Notes under the pieces: model-generated | The model's input: only the letters and a program-made list of their open reading frames with translations | Databases searched by the model: none | Told to the model about the DNA's origin: nothing | Shown here: positions 11,938 to 25,000 of the stretch, piece by piece | How the letters are laid out: every line of letters begins with the position of its first letter | How positions within the stretch are numbered: position 1 is the first letter of the stretch | Assembly (NCBI RefSeq): GCF_006345805.1 | Contig: NC_043014.1 | Location: forward strand, 27,528,001-27,592,000 | Direction: 5' to 3' | DNA from: Octopus sinensis | Lineage: Eukaryota | DNA: 64,000 bases | Position numbers and translations under genes: made by a program

Positions 11938-12636
11938 TTAATGTTAGCAAAAAGGATGAAGTGGCAACAGATGGTAGAGCACTCATCTAATTTCCTTTCA
12001 CCAGTTAATTCCCTGCTTCCACATCTATCATCGTCATCCTAATTTTTTAAACATCATCTGTTCCATGTTTGCATGGGTCAGATAGAGTTTATTGAAGTAG
12101 ATTTTCTATGATTGGATACCCTACCTTCCTATAGCCAATCCTTACTTATTTCTGAACAAAGTAATCAACTATCATGCAATGTCAAGATAAGGAGACACAG
12201 TCTCTCTCTCTCTCTCTCTCAAATCTACTCACTTGGCATAAGGCTGTACTGTAAGATATTTGCCCAAGGTGCCACACATTAAGACTGAACCTGAAATCAT
12301 TTTGTTGCGAAGAAAACTCCTTAACCACTCAGCCAAGCCTTTGAAATTCTACTGCTATTGATTTTAGCCTTTCAATACTCTGTCCAGAGTCAATAAAAAT
12401 GGGAATCAGTCATTGATTAGGGTTGGTTCAGTACTTGTAAGAACTTATAATGAAGTTGACAGTCTGGTGTTGTTTAACTCCAGACCAACTCTGTTAGGTC
12501 AGACCTATATATAATCAAAGGTGTTCTAGTTGTAACCTTTATTTCTGGAAGTAGAGTATCCTGTACTTTTTCTTTTTTAAGATGTATTTGATGCAAGTCA
12601 TACAAAGTTTGAGTGTTTATATATATATATATATAT

Positions 12637-13090
12637 GAGTGATATCAGAATTCTGAAGCAACTTCTCTTTGGCCAGTTACCAACAGATGGAAGGTCACTC
12701 TTGCACTTCAAAGACAATCTGAAGCAATGCAACATCCCCCTTTTTTTCCTGGGAAAACAAGCATTAGAATGCAGGACCTGGTGCCAATCCTGCTTCTCCT
12801 CAGTTCAAAGATTTGAGCAAAGTTAATTCTAGCCTTGGAACCAACTTCATGCAAGCTTGAAGGCATGCTGGCATAATGCTACTCCTCTAAGTGGAAACCT
12901 TACCTGTCATTGTGTTTTGTGGGATGAAGCAAAGCAGGCCTTGCCGTCAACTCAACAAAACACGTAATAAACAATCCACAAGCACTCGAGCAAACTAAGT
13001 CCGCAACCTGTTCCATTTGCCAAAAGGTTTGCAAGGCACCAGCAAGCCTCAAGAGACATATTCAGGTCCATAGAACATGATTACCACTTT
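12637..13090 (+). mobile_element. RTE-like LINE 3' fragment with terminal C2H2 finger
   Basis: IRILKQLLFGQL...FKDNLKQCNI, then CSICQKVCKAPASLKRHIQVH at about 13010-13075, typical of RTE ORF C-termini. Confidence 0.6.
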
Positions 13091-14354
13091 ATTTTACTGA
13101 GCCCTCGTTTGTTCACAAGAGAATCCATCAAATCAGTATATCAATATACAAGGATAAGATGCAGAGATCCAAGTGTAGGAGATTTGTAATCTTCAAGCAT
13201 GACAAGTATAGAAAACAAAAAGTGGACTCTGTACAGTCAGGAACAATAACAATTTATTGGTGTTGAAGGTTATGTACTTTTTCCTATATCAAATTTACAA
13301 GGAAATAAAATAAGCTGAATGTTTTTGTATAGGTCACGGTTAGCAACTAGTGTTGATATGATCTGATTTATATATATATATATATATATATATATCTGAT
13401 GGCTGTAACTCAATTTTGAGGCATGCTTGATAATTCTCTTAAATATGAGTAGCACTCTTGCAACAGATATTAAAGTTTACTGATCATGCTGACACACACC
13501 TTCATGGAACTTTACATTCTATATATATGTGTGTGTATGCCAGTGCCACGTTTAAACACCAGCTAGTTGATATGACTGTCAAACTGTACAATATGTGGTT
13601 AATGACATTGTAAAGTGGTTGACATTAGCAAGAGCATCCAGCCATACAACCATACCAAAACAGATGACTGGAGCCTGGGCAGCTCTCCAGCTTGACAGCT
13701 CCTGTCAAACCATCCAACCCATGCCAGCATAGAAAACAGGCGTTAAATGATTAAAAAAATGATATACATATATACACAAACACACAAGGTATCATGTTTG
13801 GTGTCCTCTCTCACAATAAGTTCCAGTGTTATTTACTGTTGTACATGATTGCTCAACTTGTACTTTTTCAGGTTTGATCTGTTGCTAAACAACAACTAGT
13901 TGATATGACTGTCAAACTCTGTACAATATGTGGTTAATGACTTCATGTATGGATTGTGTCCTATGTCCTTTATATCACCTGTGGCTAAATGATCCCTGTT
14001 CAGTTTATGGCCAGGGTCTGTTATGCCAGCAGGTAAATGACCTTCATATGCCCTTTACTGTTAACATTTCTTTGTGACTATTTTGCATAGCCTATGGCTG
14101 ATAACCCTTTTTCAAAGTAAAACATCTCTCACCTGCTGAATTTTTACTTATGACCTTTTGTATGATCTGTTGCTAATTAGTCTTTCTCGGCCCTTTTGTA
14201 TGATCTGTCACTCACAACTTTTTGTACAACCTGTTATTAATGATCTATATGTAACTGAGGATTGATGCCCTTTATACATGTTAGAGCCAATACTCTTTTT
14301 TAAAATAAATCCCCTCTCATTTCTATTTCTATCTCATGCTGCTCTCCCTTCTAG

Positions 14355-14474
14355 TAATGATGTATATGACTATCACCAACACCAACAGTATCGGTCATGT
14401 GAACAAACAGGCCGCAAACTGCAACGTACTATGTCAGAATCAGATTCACAGCTAGACAAACGTTACAAAACTGG
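14355..14474 (+). CDS. BBX: BBX-like exon 4 (in window)
   Basis: Acceptor cccttctag|T, donor GG|GTAAGT. 120 nt, phase 2/2, open frame SNDVYDYHQHQQ...KRYKTG. Confidence 0.8.
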
Positions 14475-15178
14475 GTAAGTGTTTTCAGGAATTTTGCTAT
14501 TTATATAATTTTCTGAGCATTTTTAGCACCTTCTTTGTATAGTTTCAATTTGAAATTTGAGATCTGTTGTTACCATAATGATTTAAAGTAAAAATTCATC
14601 TTGAAATAGTTTTTATCTTCTGTTTTCTACTCCCTTGTGTTTAAACTTGTCATTCAAATTGATATTGCAAATCCAGTAGATTTTTCTTCAAATATCAGCC
14701 AAATCTTTGTCCTTCACCTGTAAACTTAACCTACTGCCTATTTTAAAATCACCACTTTTTAATGGAGTCGACTCTTTTATAATTGTTTGGACCAAGGCTC
14801 TGTTCTAAGGATAACTTCCTCACTCTCCCACTAGTCACAGACTTGCAGGGCAATGTTCCTTGTTAGCTGTGCACATGTACACATTTTACATCTAGCACAC
14901 AAAGGAAAAAATGTGCCCAAACAAAGTATTCAAGATGAAACGAAATTTTTTTCTAGTTCAAGATGATTTTTCACATGGATGTACTCACACTTTGCATAGA
15001 GAGACAAAATTTGCACACACATATAGCAAAACAAAGAAACTAGAGGTAACATTGATCACAGGCATTGTTCTCTCTCCTCTGACTAAGCCATGTAAAAAGA
15101 AAAGAAATTTATCAACCAGTCAGACTCATTAAGAATTTAGAATAAAGCTATTATCATTTTGTGTTTCAAACTTTTCAG

Positions 15179-15318
15179 AGATTTTGATCTTGAAGCCAGA
15201 ATTGCAACACTTCCAGCATGTTCAATGGATTCATTGGGAAGATCCCGTAAGAACTCTGGTAAACAGAGAACATGCAGTGAAAGTTCCCGTCAGACAATCA
15301 TGAGTTGTTCAACTCCCA
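15179..15318 (+). CDS. BBX: BBX-like exon 5 (in window)
   Basis: Acceptor cttttcag|A, donor CCCA|GTAAGT. Phase 2 in, phase 1 out. Encodes DFDLEARIATLPACSMD, a BBX-family-like FDLE..I..LP motif. Not in the ORF track (<60 aa). Confidence 0.85.
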
Positions 15319-16941
15319 GTAAGTAATGAGACATTGTGAATTGAGAGGTAAAGGCCTGAGAAAAATATTGGCTGATAGAGAGATGTAATTTTGACATAGG
15401 GAAGATGGTGGCTAACTTCTTGTATTTTTAAATTTTGTTTTAACTAATACATATATTTGTACATTTTTTAAGATATCTCATGTCAAGAATGATATGCACT
15501 GTCATTCCCAAAGTTATTGATTTGTGTCCTATCACTAGAATTATGACCATGGAATATTATTACCAGCATCAGTGTCACAAAACATTGTTTTTATCAATAT
15601 ATTTGACACAAGATCTTTCATCATTATCATTGTATAAAGGGTCTATACAACCTATAAATAATTCCCCTCCTGTCACATCATATTTGTTAATGTGTTTTTA
15701 TGTACAGTTGAACTGGTGACCATTGTATTTTGACTTACTTAAATGTTAATCTTCACATTACATGGCCATCAAACCACTTGTCATTTATACAGTGATTCTG
15801 CCATGTGCAACAATGAACTGTTGCATTTCCCTTAGTATGTTTAGTAGACCTAAAGAAGGTTTGGTATTGCTAAAATGTTGGTCCTCTTCATATCGTTTAT
15901 GGTAATTTCCAACACCATAAGTTGTCAGGTGCTGTGATTATGAAGCAATATTGAAAAAAATCAACAAAAAAGGATTTGGTTGTATTACTTATCCTTATTC
16001 TTTCTGATCTTACTTTATTTAGAAAGACAAAAAGACAGACAGGTATTACATGTCTTACATATTGTGTAAGTTTTCTGCGTGCATATTTAAATTGTTAGCT
16101 ATTTAAAACTTAAATTGCTATTGTATACTTCTATAATATTTGAAGTTCATAGAATTCTAATTTTTAAATATTAGATTAAAAATATGAGCTAATATTAAAT
16201 TTGCTGACAAGTGCATATTAATATTATATTCACTGCAATGATGAGCACCAGTTTAAAAAAAGTTTGTTTTTCTTACAGTATTAACTCATATCAACTCATC
16301 AAAAAACATGAAACACAATTGTGGTGAGAAAGAGAGATGATGGCATCGGTATAAATATGTAATGCCAATAGTTGACATAATATTTTTTACACTGAGGAAA
16401 GTAGATGTCATCTGCAGCAAAGATTTGAGGGAAAGCTTGTTAAGATCAGAGATATAGAGAGAGCTGCAAGGGTATTGCTAATGTGTCAAACACATACAAG
16501 CATGGAAATAAAAACAATTCTGTTTATCTAATTTTTAATGATAATATAAACGCCTGTGTTCCGATATTTAAGAATATCATTGATCCAACGTTTAACTTTT
16601 TAGCATTCTGATTTTTTTTGTCAAATGTATTGCTTATTTATTCATATTATTTAGAATAACATTGTAAGGTAAGTGTGAGAGGCTAGATCTGGTCAATTTT
16701 AACATAAAACAGGCAGAATATTTGGCCAGATATAGCTGGATTAGATATTAAATAGTTAAAGTTATTACATTATTATTGATATTTAGCCCTAGGTAAGCTG
16801 TGCTTAAGTAGACTATGATTAAAAGCATTCCAGTCATGACAACTGTCCTGTTGTTATCTTGAACTGTATTGTCCAATATATTATCTAGATACACATGTAT
16901 TTTCAGCAATAGTTTATTTCTGTACATTTCTTTCTTTGCAG

Positions 16942-17091
16942 CAATCAGGACAGATATGCTTCTGGCTCCACCACATCGACGTAGACAACCTATTTATCCA
17001 CCCATTGTTGGAAGTCGGAAAAGGAAGCAACCTCGTGATGGAATCATGCGAATTGTACCCCTTTCTAAAGAATACAAACATCCCTTAGCTA
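16942..17091 (+). CDS. BBX: BBX-like exon 6 (in window)
   Basis: Acceptor tttgcag|CA, donor GCTA|GTAAGT, phase 1/1. Encodes VGSRKRKQPRDGIMRI, resembling the BBX GS(Q/R)KRK..K..I motif and a likely NLS. Confidence 0.85.
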
Positions 17092-18379
17092 GTAAGTTCT
17101 TTTGTTTTGGTTTTGATTCTCTTATTGTTGATGGGGAATGGAAAGATTGAAGCCTGAGAATTTAGAGAAGGAGCAAGTAGACTGTAATAATGTTAATGCT
17201 TTTCTTTGGTCGTTATTGAAATGGTATTAATCAAGATCTAAAATCTGCTTATAGATTTTTGTCACTTCCTGAACTTAACACTACTCTGTGATAATTGCTA
17301 CAGATGTGAGAAATTGTGATTTCTAAATTAGGCACAGGGCCACAAATTTGTTGGGGAGGAAACAAACTCCAGTATTTTATTGATACTTTATTTTATTGAC
17401 TACTGAAAGATAAGATAACAGGCTAAGTTGATTCTGGCATCATTTGAAATCAGAACATAAATACTGCTCAAACATTTTGTCTGTCTCTACCAGTTCTGTT
17501 AGTCCAATAATTTACTACACTAATACTTACATAGCCATGATAGTTCATAAAACAAAATTGAAAAGTTCTGATTGTCATGCTTTCCTCCTGTCAAGCATGA
17601 CCATCATGCAAGTATAGCAATTGGAATTGGCTTCTGAAGCTGGATTGTAGAATTCTTATATATGTGTTTGTGTGTATGAATTAGTCAGAACAGAATGGCC
17701 ATGGTATATTGCAGGGCTTCCAAGACTAGTAGGAAGAAATTATCCTGTATTCTAAAATTTGGCTTAAATGTTTGATGCAGAGTGTACTTTGCTAAAGGTG
17801 CTCAAGAACCAGGTGACTGTTAAACTGAGCAATAGATTAAATCTACCACACAAGAAAAGGAATGGTTCTTTTGATGTACTTCTACACACTTTCTGTTTAC
17901 CAAATTTTACTCACAAATCTTTAGTTGGCTTGAGGTTATAGAAAAAAGCATTTGCACAATGTATCATGCAGTAAGATTAAATAAGAAACTACATGCCTTT
18001 AATAAGAACTACAAACCTCTTAATTCTTGCTAGTATATACTGTGATAGATATTGCCTAAGATAATGGTTTCAGTATTAACTATATGTTAGAGAGGACAAA
18101 AAATTTGATCATTGTAACCTCAGCACAAAAGGCAAAGTTGATATCAATTGGATCTGAATTCCTGAACACAAGACACCAAATTTGACAGGGGGTTTTGTAG
18201 ATGATTTATATTGGTCATTATTTTCTGGTTCTGTAGCTGAGTAAAGTTAATTACACAAGTTATATTTTTTAAAACTGCAGCACACAGCACCCTTTGAGAA
18301 TCATTCATGTAATTACTTTGGATTTTTTCTTGTTATTTTTACCATTTCTGCCAAACTAGGTTGTATAAAACTCCAAAAT

Positions 18380-18755
18380 TATTAACCATCATGCACCTTG
18401 AGTACCCTTTTGAACTCCATGTGTCTAACACATGTGGACATACCTACAAAGTCAGAAAACAGCACAGCTCCTATGACTTTCGGAAACATTTTTTCACACT
18501 CAGAATTACTGAAGCATGGAACAAACTACCTGTATCAGTTGTTAGCTGCCAAGATATTGCATCCTTTAAAACCTCCATACTTCCTGAAATTAGCCAACAC
18601 TACACCTGATATCCCTCACTCCTTATGCATGCACATATGTATATTATGATTCTTACACTGTTCACTTTCCACATAGTTTTATGTACTATACATGCACCTT
18701 TGATGAATTGTAGTGCACCTGAGCACTATACACAATAATTTCGTTATTATTATCT
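18380..18755 (+). mobile_element. CR1/L2-group LINE 3' end
   Basis: GHTYKVRKQHSSYDFRKHFFTLRITEAWNKLPVSVV...FK is the characteristic CR1-type ORF2 C-terminus, followed by a short 3' UTR and TTATTA tail. Confidence 0.8.
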
Positions 18756-19988
18756 AGTCCAGCACTAAAATTCAATCTTTTTCCACTAATTCTATCAACT
18801 CCCTCCACCCTTCAATAATGAAAACTTCTTCTAACTGGACCAAAACCAATTTTTTTAAGAGAACAGACTTTATGATGAAAAGCTTTCCAACCATGACCAC
18901 TCCATTTTTTTTTTCCAAACATAGTGCACCTAGGACTATACACGTTTATTTTTAGTGTGGATTGCTGGTGAATTTCAATTTTATGTAACAGGCCAGCAAT
19001 TTTGGGGGAGGGGTAAGTCAATTATATTGGTTGCAAATTTTGGCACAAGGCCAGTAATTTTAGGGGAAGGCAAGTCAATTATATTGATCCCAGTGTTCAA
19101 CTGGTACTTATTTTACCAACCCTGAAAGGATGGGCAAAGTCAACCTTGATGGAATTTGCATGCAGAACATAAAGACAGATGAAATGCCACTAAGCATTTT
19201 GCCCACCACCTGATTAATAATAGTAATAATAAATACCAGATATTTGAAGAGGATTGAACAATAATTATCTCTCTAAAAAGTGTGTAGTCCTTTAGTGAAA
19301 CCTACACCAGGATGAGGAGTCCATCATCTCCATTAAAACTTGGGACTACCCATTGATGAAGCTGCTAAAAATCTCCTTTGTAAAAACTAAAATGGCTTAA
19401 GCATTAAAACCAAAACAATAATTTAATATTAGTTATAAACCAATTAGTTTGTAAAATTAAGGATTCGTTATATTTCTTAGCACAGATACACCCCACCACA
19501 CACACACACACACACACACACATTCGTATGCACTGGTAATTCACCTATAATATTAAAAAGGTTCTTTACCTTTACTCTAGGCAGTCATTTGGCTAAAAAT
19601 AGCTGAATATCCCTCAAGTTATATCCTATTGTCATAAAAAAAAAAACAGATTATGTGATTAAAAAAAAGTATGAGAAATACTGAAAAACAGAGCCAAGAT
19701 AGTTATGATTGTTGCATCTCTGACCATTAAAAAAGTCTGAAAGTTTAGTATGCAGGCTGACTAAATAACAATGACCTAAAAATATAATTTTCAAATCGTT
19801 TTAGTTCACCTTAAATTTTCAAGTTATATAATAGGTAACATTACAGAAAATATCACAGAAAATGTATAATGAATTCTTTATATGGCTCTACATTTCAATA
19901 AAACATTTGCTTGTCTTTGCTCTCACATAAACATGTTTGATGTTTGCTAAACAATGAAATTAATTTATTTTTCATTTTCATCAACTAG

Positions 19989-20932
19989 ATGTCATGAAGA
20001 TCCCACTTGCTACATTCTATGTACACCCATCTATGAAATCATACCAAGATCTACAGCTAAACAAGAAATCTGATAGTCATGATGCGGTGACCTCTGAATC
20101 TGAAGGCAAAGATGAGGATTGTTATATTGCAAGTTCTGCTACTCCAAATGTTGCAAATGGTGAAGAAACTGTCACAGCTGCACAGGCATTGACAATTGAT
20201 ATAAAATGCACTGAGGGGTCTGAAACATTGAAATATAGTGAGAATTTACAACCATTATCTACTGCTGCCGCATGTACCAAGACAGGTGGTGGAATACTGA
20301 CAACATCAAATTTAGTGACTCAGTCACGCTTGACTTTCCACTCAAATCATATTCCACTTGCTACAAGCAGGAGCCTAACGAGCAATAATTCCAACCACTG
20401 CTGCAGTGCTACCTATAATAATAATGATAATGATAATAATAATAATAAAAATAATAGCAACATATACAACAGTTCTAACATTAGCTACACTGCTACATGT
20501 AATAACAACTATAATAATAACAACAATTTTAACTGCAGTTACAATGCTAGCTACATTAAAAACAACAGCATTTCAGCTAATAGCTGCAATGCTGGCTATA
20601 ACAACAATAGCAATAATAACAGCTATAAAATTACTTTTAACAACAATAATAATGATAACATCAACAAAAACAGCTGCTTTGCAGTTGGTGCCAGTTCAGT
20701 GAATAGAGTTACACACATGGATAATACTAAATGTTCCGGTGATAATAAAGAAAAACCAACCTGTCCAGGTCTGGAAGTGAACCAGAATTTACATGTTACT
20801 GGTGAACTGAAGGTGACTGTGGAAGATCAGTCCTTGAAGCGAGCTAAACTGGGTGAAAATCCAGACTTCAAAATCTGGATTTCAAATCTTGCAGAAGCTG
20901 CTGAACGGTCCGGACAGATTCCTGTTTGCTAA
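19989..20932 (+). CDS. BBX: BBX-like terminal coding exon with Asn-rich insert
   Basis: Acceptor tcaactag|AT in phase 1 joins the 312-aa ORF at 19994, which ends ISNLAEAAERSGQIPVC-TAA. The seven exons sum to 2172 nt with no frameshift. Confidence 0.8.
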
Positions 20933-21916
20933 TCAACAATATTTACATAACATGAAATCAAATTTTGAGTGCCTGAAAGAATGTTTTAGAGTGTGTGTAT
21001 GTGTGTTTTATTGTCTTTCTTTTCTAACTATTCTACTCACCCATCAGATTTTTATCATTCCTAATGGGTGCTTATATTTGAAATGCATAATTGGAAATGC
21101 ATATTGTTTTGTTTTTGGATTTTTTTTTAATTTATGAAGATGTGCAAAAATACTTTGCACACATACAGATGTCCTCTCTCTCTCTCGCACACATACATTC
21201 ATGCACACATTCAATCTTTCTTTTGCACACATTCTCTCTTACTCTTACATACAAACATCCAACCTTATCTCATTGCCTGTAATCAAGTAGTAAATTTACA
21301 TTCTAATTTGTTTTCTACATACAAATTGCTAAACTACAGAACTCTTTCACTTCAACTTTTGATATTTCTAAAGTTGTACAGAAATATTTCATACACATAC
21401 AAATAATCTATCTTCTTTCTTATACAAAGTCTCTCACTCACACATAGACACATTTAATTGTCTGTCTTTCTCATAAAAATTAAGAGAAAAATTTGAAAAA
21501 ATACTGAGAAAAGGAATCTATTAACAATATATTTTGCTAAAATTACAAACAATTTTCTTGTATACACCAATTCATTATTCTGAGATGCCTCACTGATAAA
21601 CTCCATCCATAGAATTTATATCACATACATAGATGTTGCTATGGTATATTCACACCTCTAGCCTGCCCCCTTTTTATATAAATCATTTCTAAGAGTCCAG
21701 TTTTTATACTTCAACAGTAAATGGGTGGGATTTATAGTCTCATGCACAAACATATATATACACATTTAAATGTTATTTTTAATACATTTTTAATAATTGC
21801 AGAATGATATTGTAGTGTGTAGTAACAAGAATATAACAATGAACTGATCATAGTATGAAGATATGACAGTGATATGCAGAGGTAACAGTGACTCATCATT
21901 ATCTAAGGATATAAGT

Positions 21917-22085
21917 GATGTGAAGATGATATATATTGCTATGAAGATGTATCAGTGATGTGAGGAAGATATATTGCTATGAAGATATAACATTGATGTG
22001 AGAAAGATATATAGATCTAAGACTATAACTGTGATGTGAAGATATAATAGTGTTGAAGTGATAATATATAATGCCATGAAGATTA
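21917..22085 (+). repeat. Degenerate minisatellite, 38-40-bp unit
   Basis: Units starting GATGTGA at 21917, 21957, 21995 and 22033; the first two share GATATATTGCTATGAAGAT. Confidence 0.7.
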
Positions 22086-25000
22086 GCTGCCTTGTTATGA
22101 ACAATGAAAATGGTTCGTAATGATGTGGCTAAAACATGAATGCAGTAATGATACCATTTTGATAAGTGGATATATAATGCCTACTTGTGATATAGTGACA
22201 ATATGAAAGTATAACAATTTTTGTTGTGGCTGAGTCAAAGGAGGAAGAGCAGTGCTTATGACTAGTTGCAGGGCATCCCAGACTGAAAAGGAAGATAAAG
22301 AGAGGTGGAGTGGGGGTCCTTGTAACTGATGAATTATCAAACCAGAGCCCAGTGTAAATATTTGTAGCAGAAAGGACTCTGATAAAAGCTCCCCAGGTAC
22401 TAGTTTTAAACTGAACAGCAAATTAAGTTTACCACCAAAGAACAGATATGGCCCTTCTAACAGGCTTCTATAAAAGTTTCTATCTACCCAATTTCACTGA
22501 CTACACTTGGGTTGATGCAAGGCTATTAGAAAATTCTACAACCATGCATTACTGTTGTATGTGTTTATCATATATAAAGTTGTTAAAGCATTTTGATAAT
22601 GCACACGAAAGATATTATTATGATTGTCTATAGATCAGTGTTTTTCATGGTGGGTGAGATGGGTTTATGAGGATTGAAGGATAGAGTTTGGGGGAGGCAG
22701 TCAAATTGCCTCAGCTACTAAAATTAAGTGATTTTAAACTTGTCCAATGCATAGCAACAAAGAAATATGGGGAAAATGAAAAGAAATAGAAGCTAAAATA
22801 ATGACAATGTGAATGTGTTGCTGAGACAAACATGATGGGAGGGAATAAACAATGTTCATGTCTCTGTTTGGTGATATTTAATGGGGTGAAGGAGCCAACC
22901 TGCTGGTTGGCTGGATTACTAACAACTCAGATATACTAAGCTCCTGCCCTCAAAAAAATATCCCACATATGTGAATTGTTTCCATTCAGTAGTACCCCTT
23001 TAAGGTCAGACAGACTGAACCGTTTGTGTTTCCCAATCCAACCATAGACACAATATGTCAGAGTACAATTCTATATATAATATTATTTTGAGGAATGTGA
23101 ATTTGAAATATTTTCTTACTCTTCTTTTCTAAGAGTAATTCCTATTTCTATGTGCCTCTCTTTACCAATCACAGGTAAAACAGAACCACACCATTTTGTG
23201 CCTCAAACACACACAAAGCGTGTTTCTCTTGAGTCAGTTTTCATATTTCTTTTTATGCACTATTAATTATAACTCTAATCTCTCCCTTTCCATTACTAGT
23301 ACAAGTCAACATATGGTTGGGATTATTCCAATTTTCAGACTACAGACTATTTTGGGGATATCTTTCATCTTCAACCACAGATGGAATTTGCTCGTGGGAG
23401 CATTTGAAACAAGTCATAAAGACACTGCACAGTGCTCTATGTAATGTGCTTATTTATAACTAACTGGATTCATCCTCAGTTTTGGCAATGGTGATGGAGT
23501 GAACCTGTGATCAGCAAGCCAATGTACTTATAACTTACCACACTCAACCAAACCACCATTTCTTATTGTTATTCTTTGTACAATACTCCATACAAAGTAC
23601 ATTGTAATATACACAACAGTGATGTGATGACAGTCTTTTATAGTAGCTGCGATAACAGTTGTGGCCTTAAAGTTCAGTTGTCATGAGTAATGAAGAATCT
23701 AATTAAACAAAATAAGCGCACGCTTAGGGCACCAAGGGAAAGGGGGCATCATTAATATTTTTACATTTACTGTATTACTATAGTGTTGATAGTAAATTAT
23801 AACAGCTCAATTTTTGTAGTTTTTTATGATGATGATGGAAAATATGTTGAAGATTTTCACTTTTTCCTGTTACTCTAGTTGCAACATAAATAATTTGTTT
23901 ATATTTCTATTTAAAGTTAAATAAAATGAGAAAACTGGTTGGGCTGTATTTAGGGCGTTAGCTGAACTTCATCTTGTCCTGACTCTTGCCTTTTGTCTGA
24001 GTGTGAAAAAAAGAGAAAATATTGTCACTTTTACTCCATGCTAGTAAATTATAAAGAGATTGAAGTGGGTGAGAACTGTTGTGTCCGTGTCAAAACTCTG
24101 AAATACAATGATGTGGATGAAGAGTGAGAAGCCAGAACTTATGTGGCAAGATATAGAAGGAATTAGTGCTTCAATCCAGGTAGAAAGATGTCATGGTATT
24201 CAATTCAAGATCAAGGGCGTGGGTGGTAGTGCAAGAGGTAAAGGAAATGAGTGACAAAGAACACGCACACAGAATGATATTAAAAAATATTAAAGGGAGA
24301 TGTAGTAGTAGTTTTGAATGCAGATCACTTGAGATACCCATCCAATACCTTATACTCACTGCCTTTTCACTTTGTAGTCTCTGTCAATTTTGGAAGGAGT
24401 TGGCTTTTTTTTCCAAAATTCTGTAAGGACAAGGTGTCTGAATGGATAAGCTTCTAGACTTTCTACTCGTAAATTAAAAGTTGAAATAATCAACTGGACA
24501 CTGTAACATTGTATTTGGCAATGTTTCAGTTCCCCTACATGTTAGGGGGTTATGTTATATGTTAAGAGATCATCTGAGAATATTACTTGGAAAAAACATG
24601 CGTACTATCACCATAGAGAGGTTTAGCTCTTATATGCCATTACACCATGAAACCCAAACTTTACTGGGTCTTAACATGTCTCATTCTCTGAGCCTAGGGT
24701 GCATATATTTATTGCATTTTCAAAATTTCCCTTTTGTTTTGAATAAGATACACTCACTTGTACATATGTATACATATATCTGTTCATTCATACATTAACA
24801 CTTCCATTGAAGTCTCTGTATTAGGAGAGGTTGTCAACAACAGTTACCCTTAGTTTTAATATTCAAAATGATATAAGGCAGTGAGTGGATAGAATTGTTA
24901 GCATGCCAGACAAAATGCTTAGTAGCATTACGTCCATCTGCATGTTCTGAGTTCAAATTCTGCTGAGATCAACTTTACCTTTCATCCTTTTAGGGTCAAT

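Noticed and set aside
20406-20702. 98-aa Ile/Thr-rich overlapping ORF
   Set aside because: Alternative frame of the AAT/AAC repeat in the BBX exon; low-complexity repeats lack stops in shifted frames.
22141-22475. Coding-looking GC-richer stretch (KLSLPPKNRYGP) and antisense ORF 22095-22421
   Set aside because: Multiple in-frame stops on the plus strand, no splice signals and no recognisable protein on either strand.
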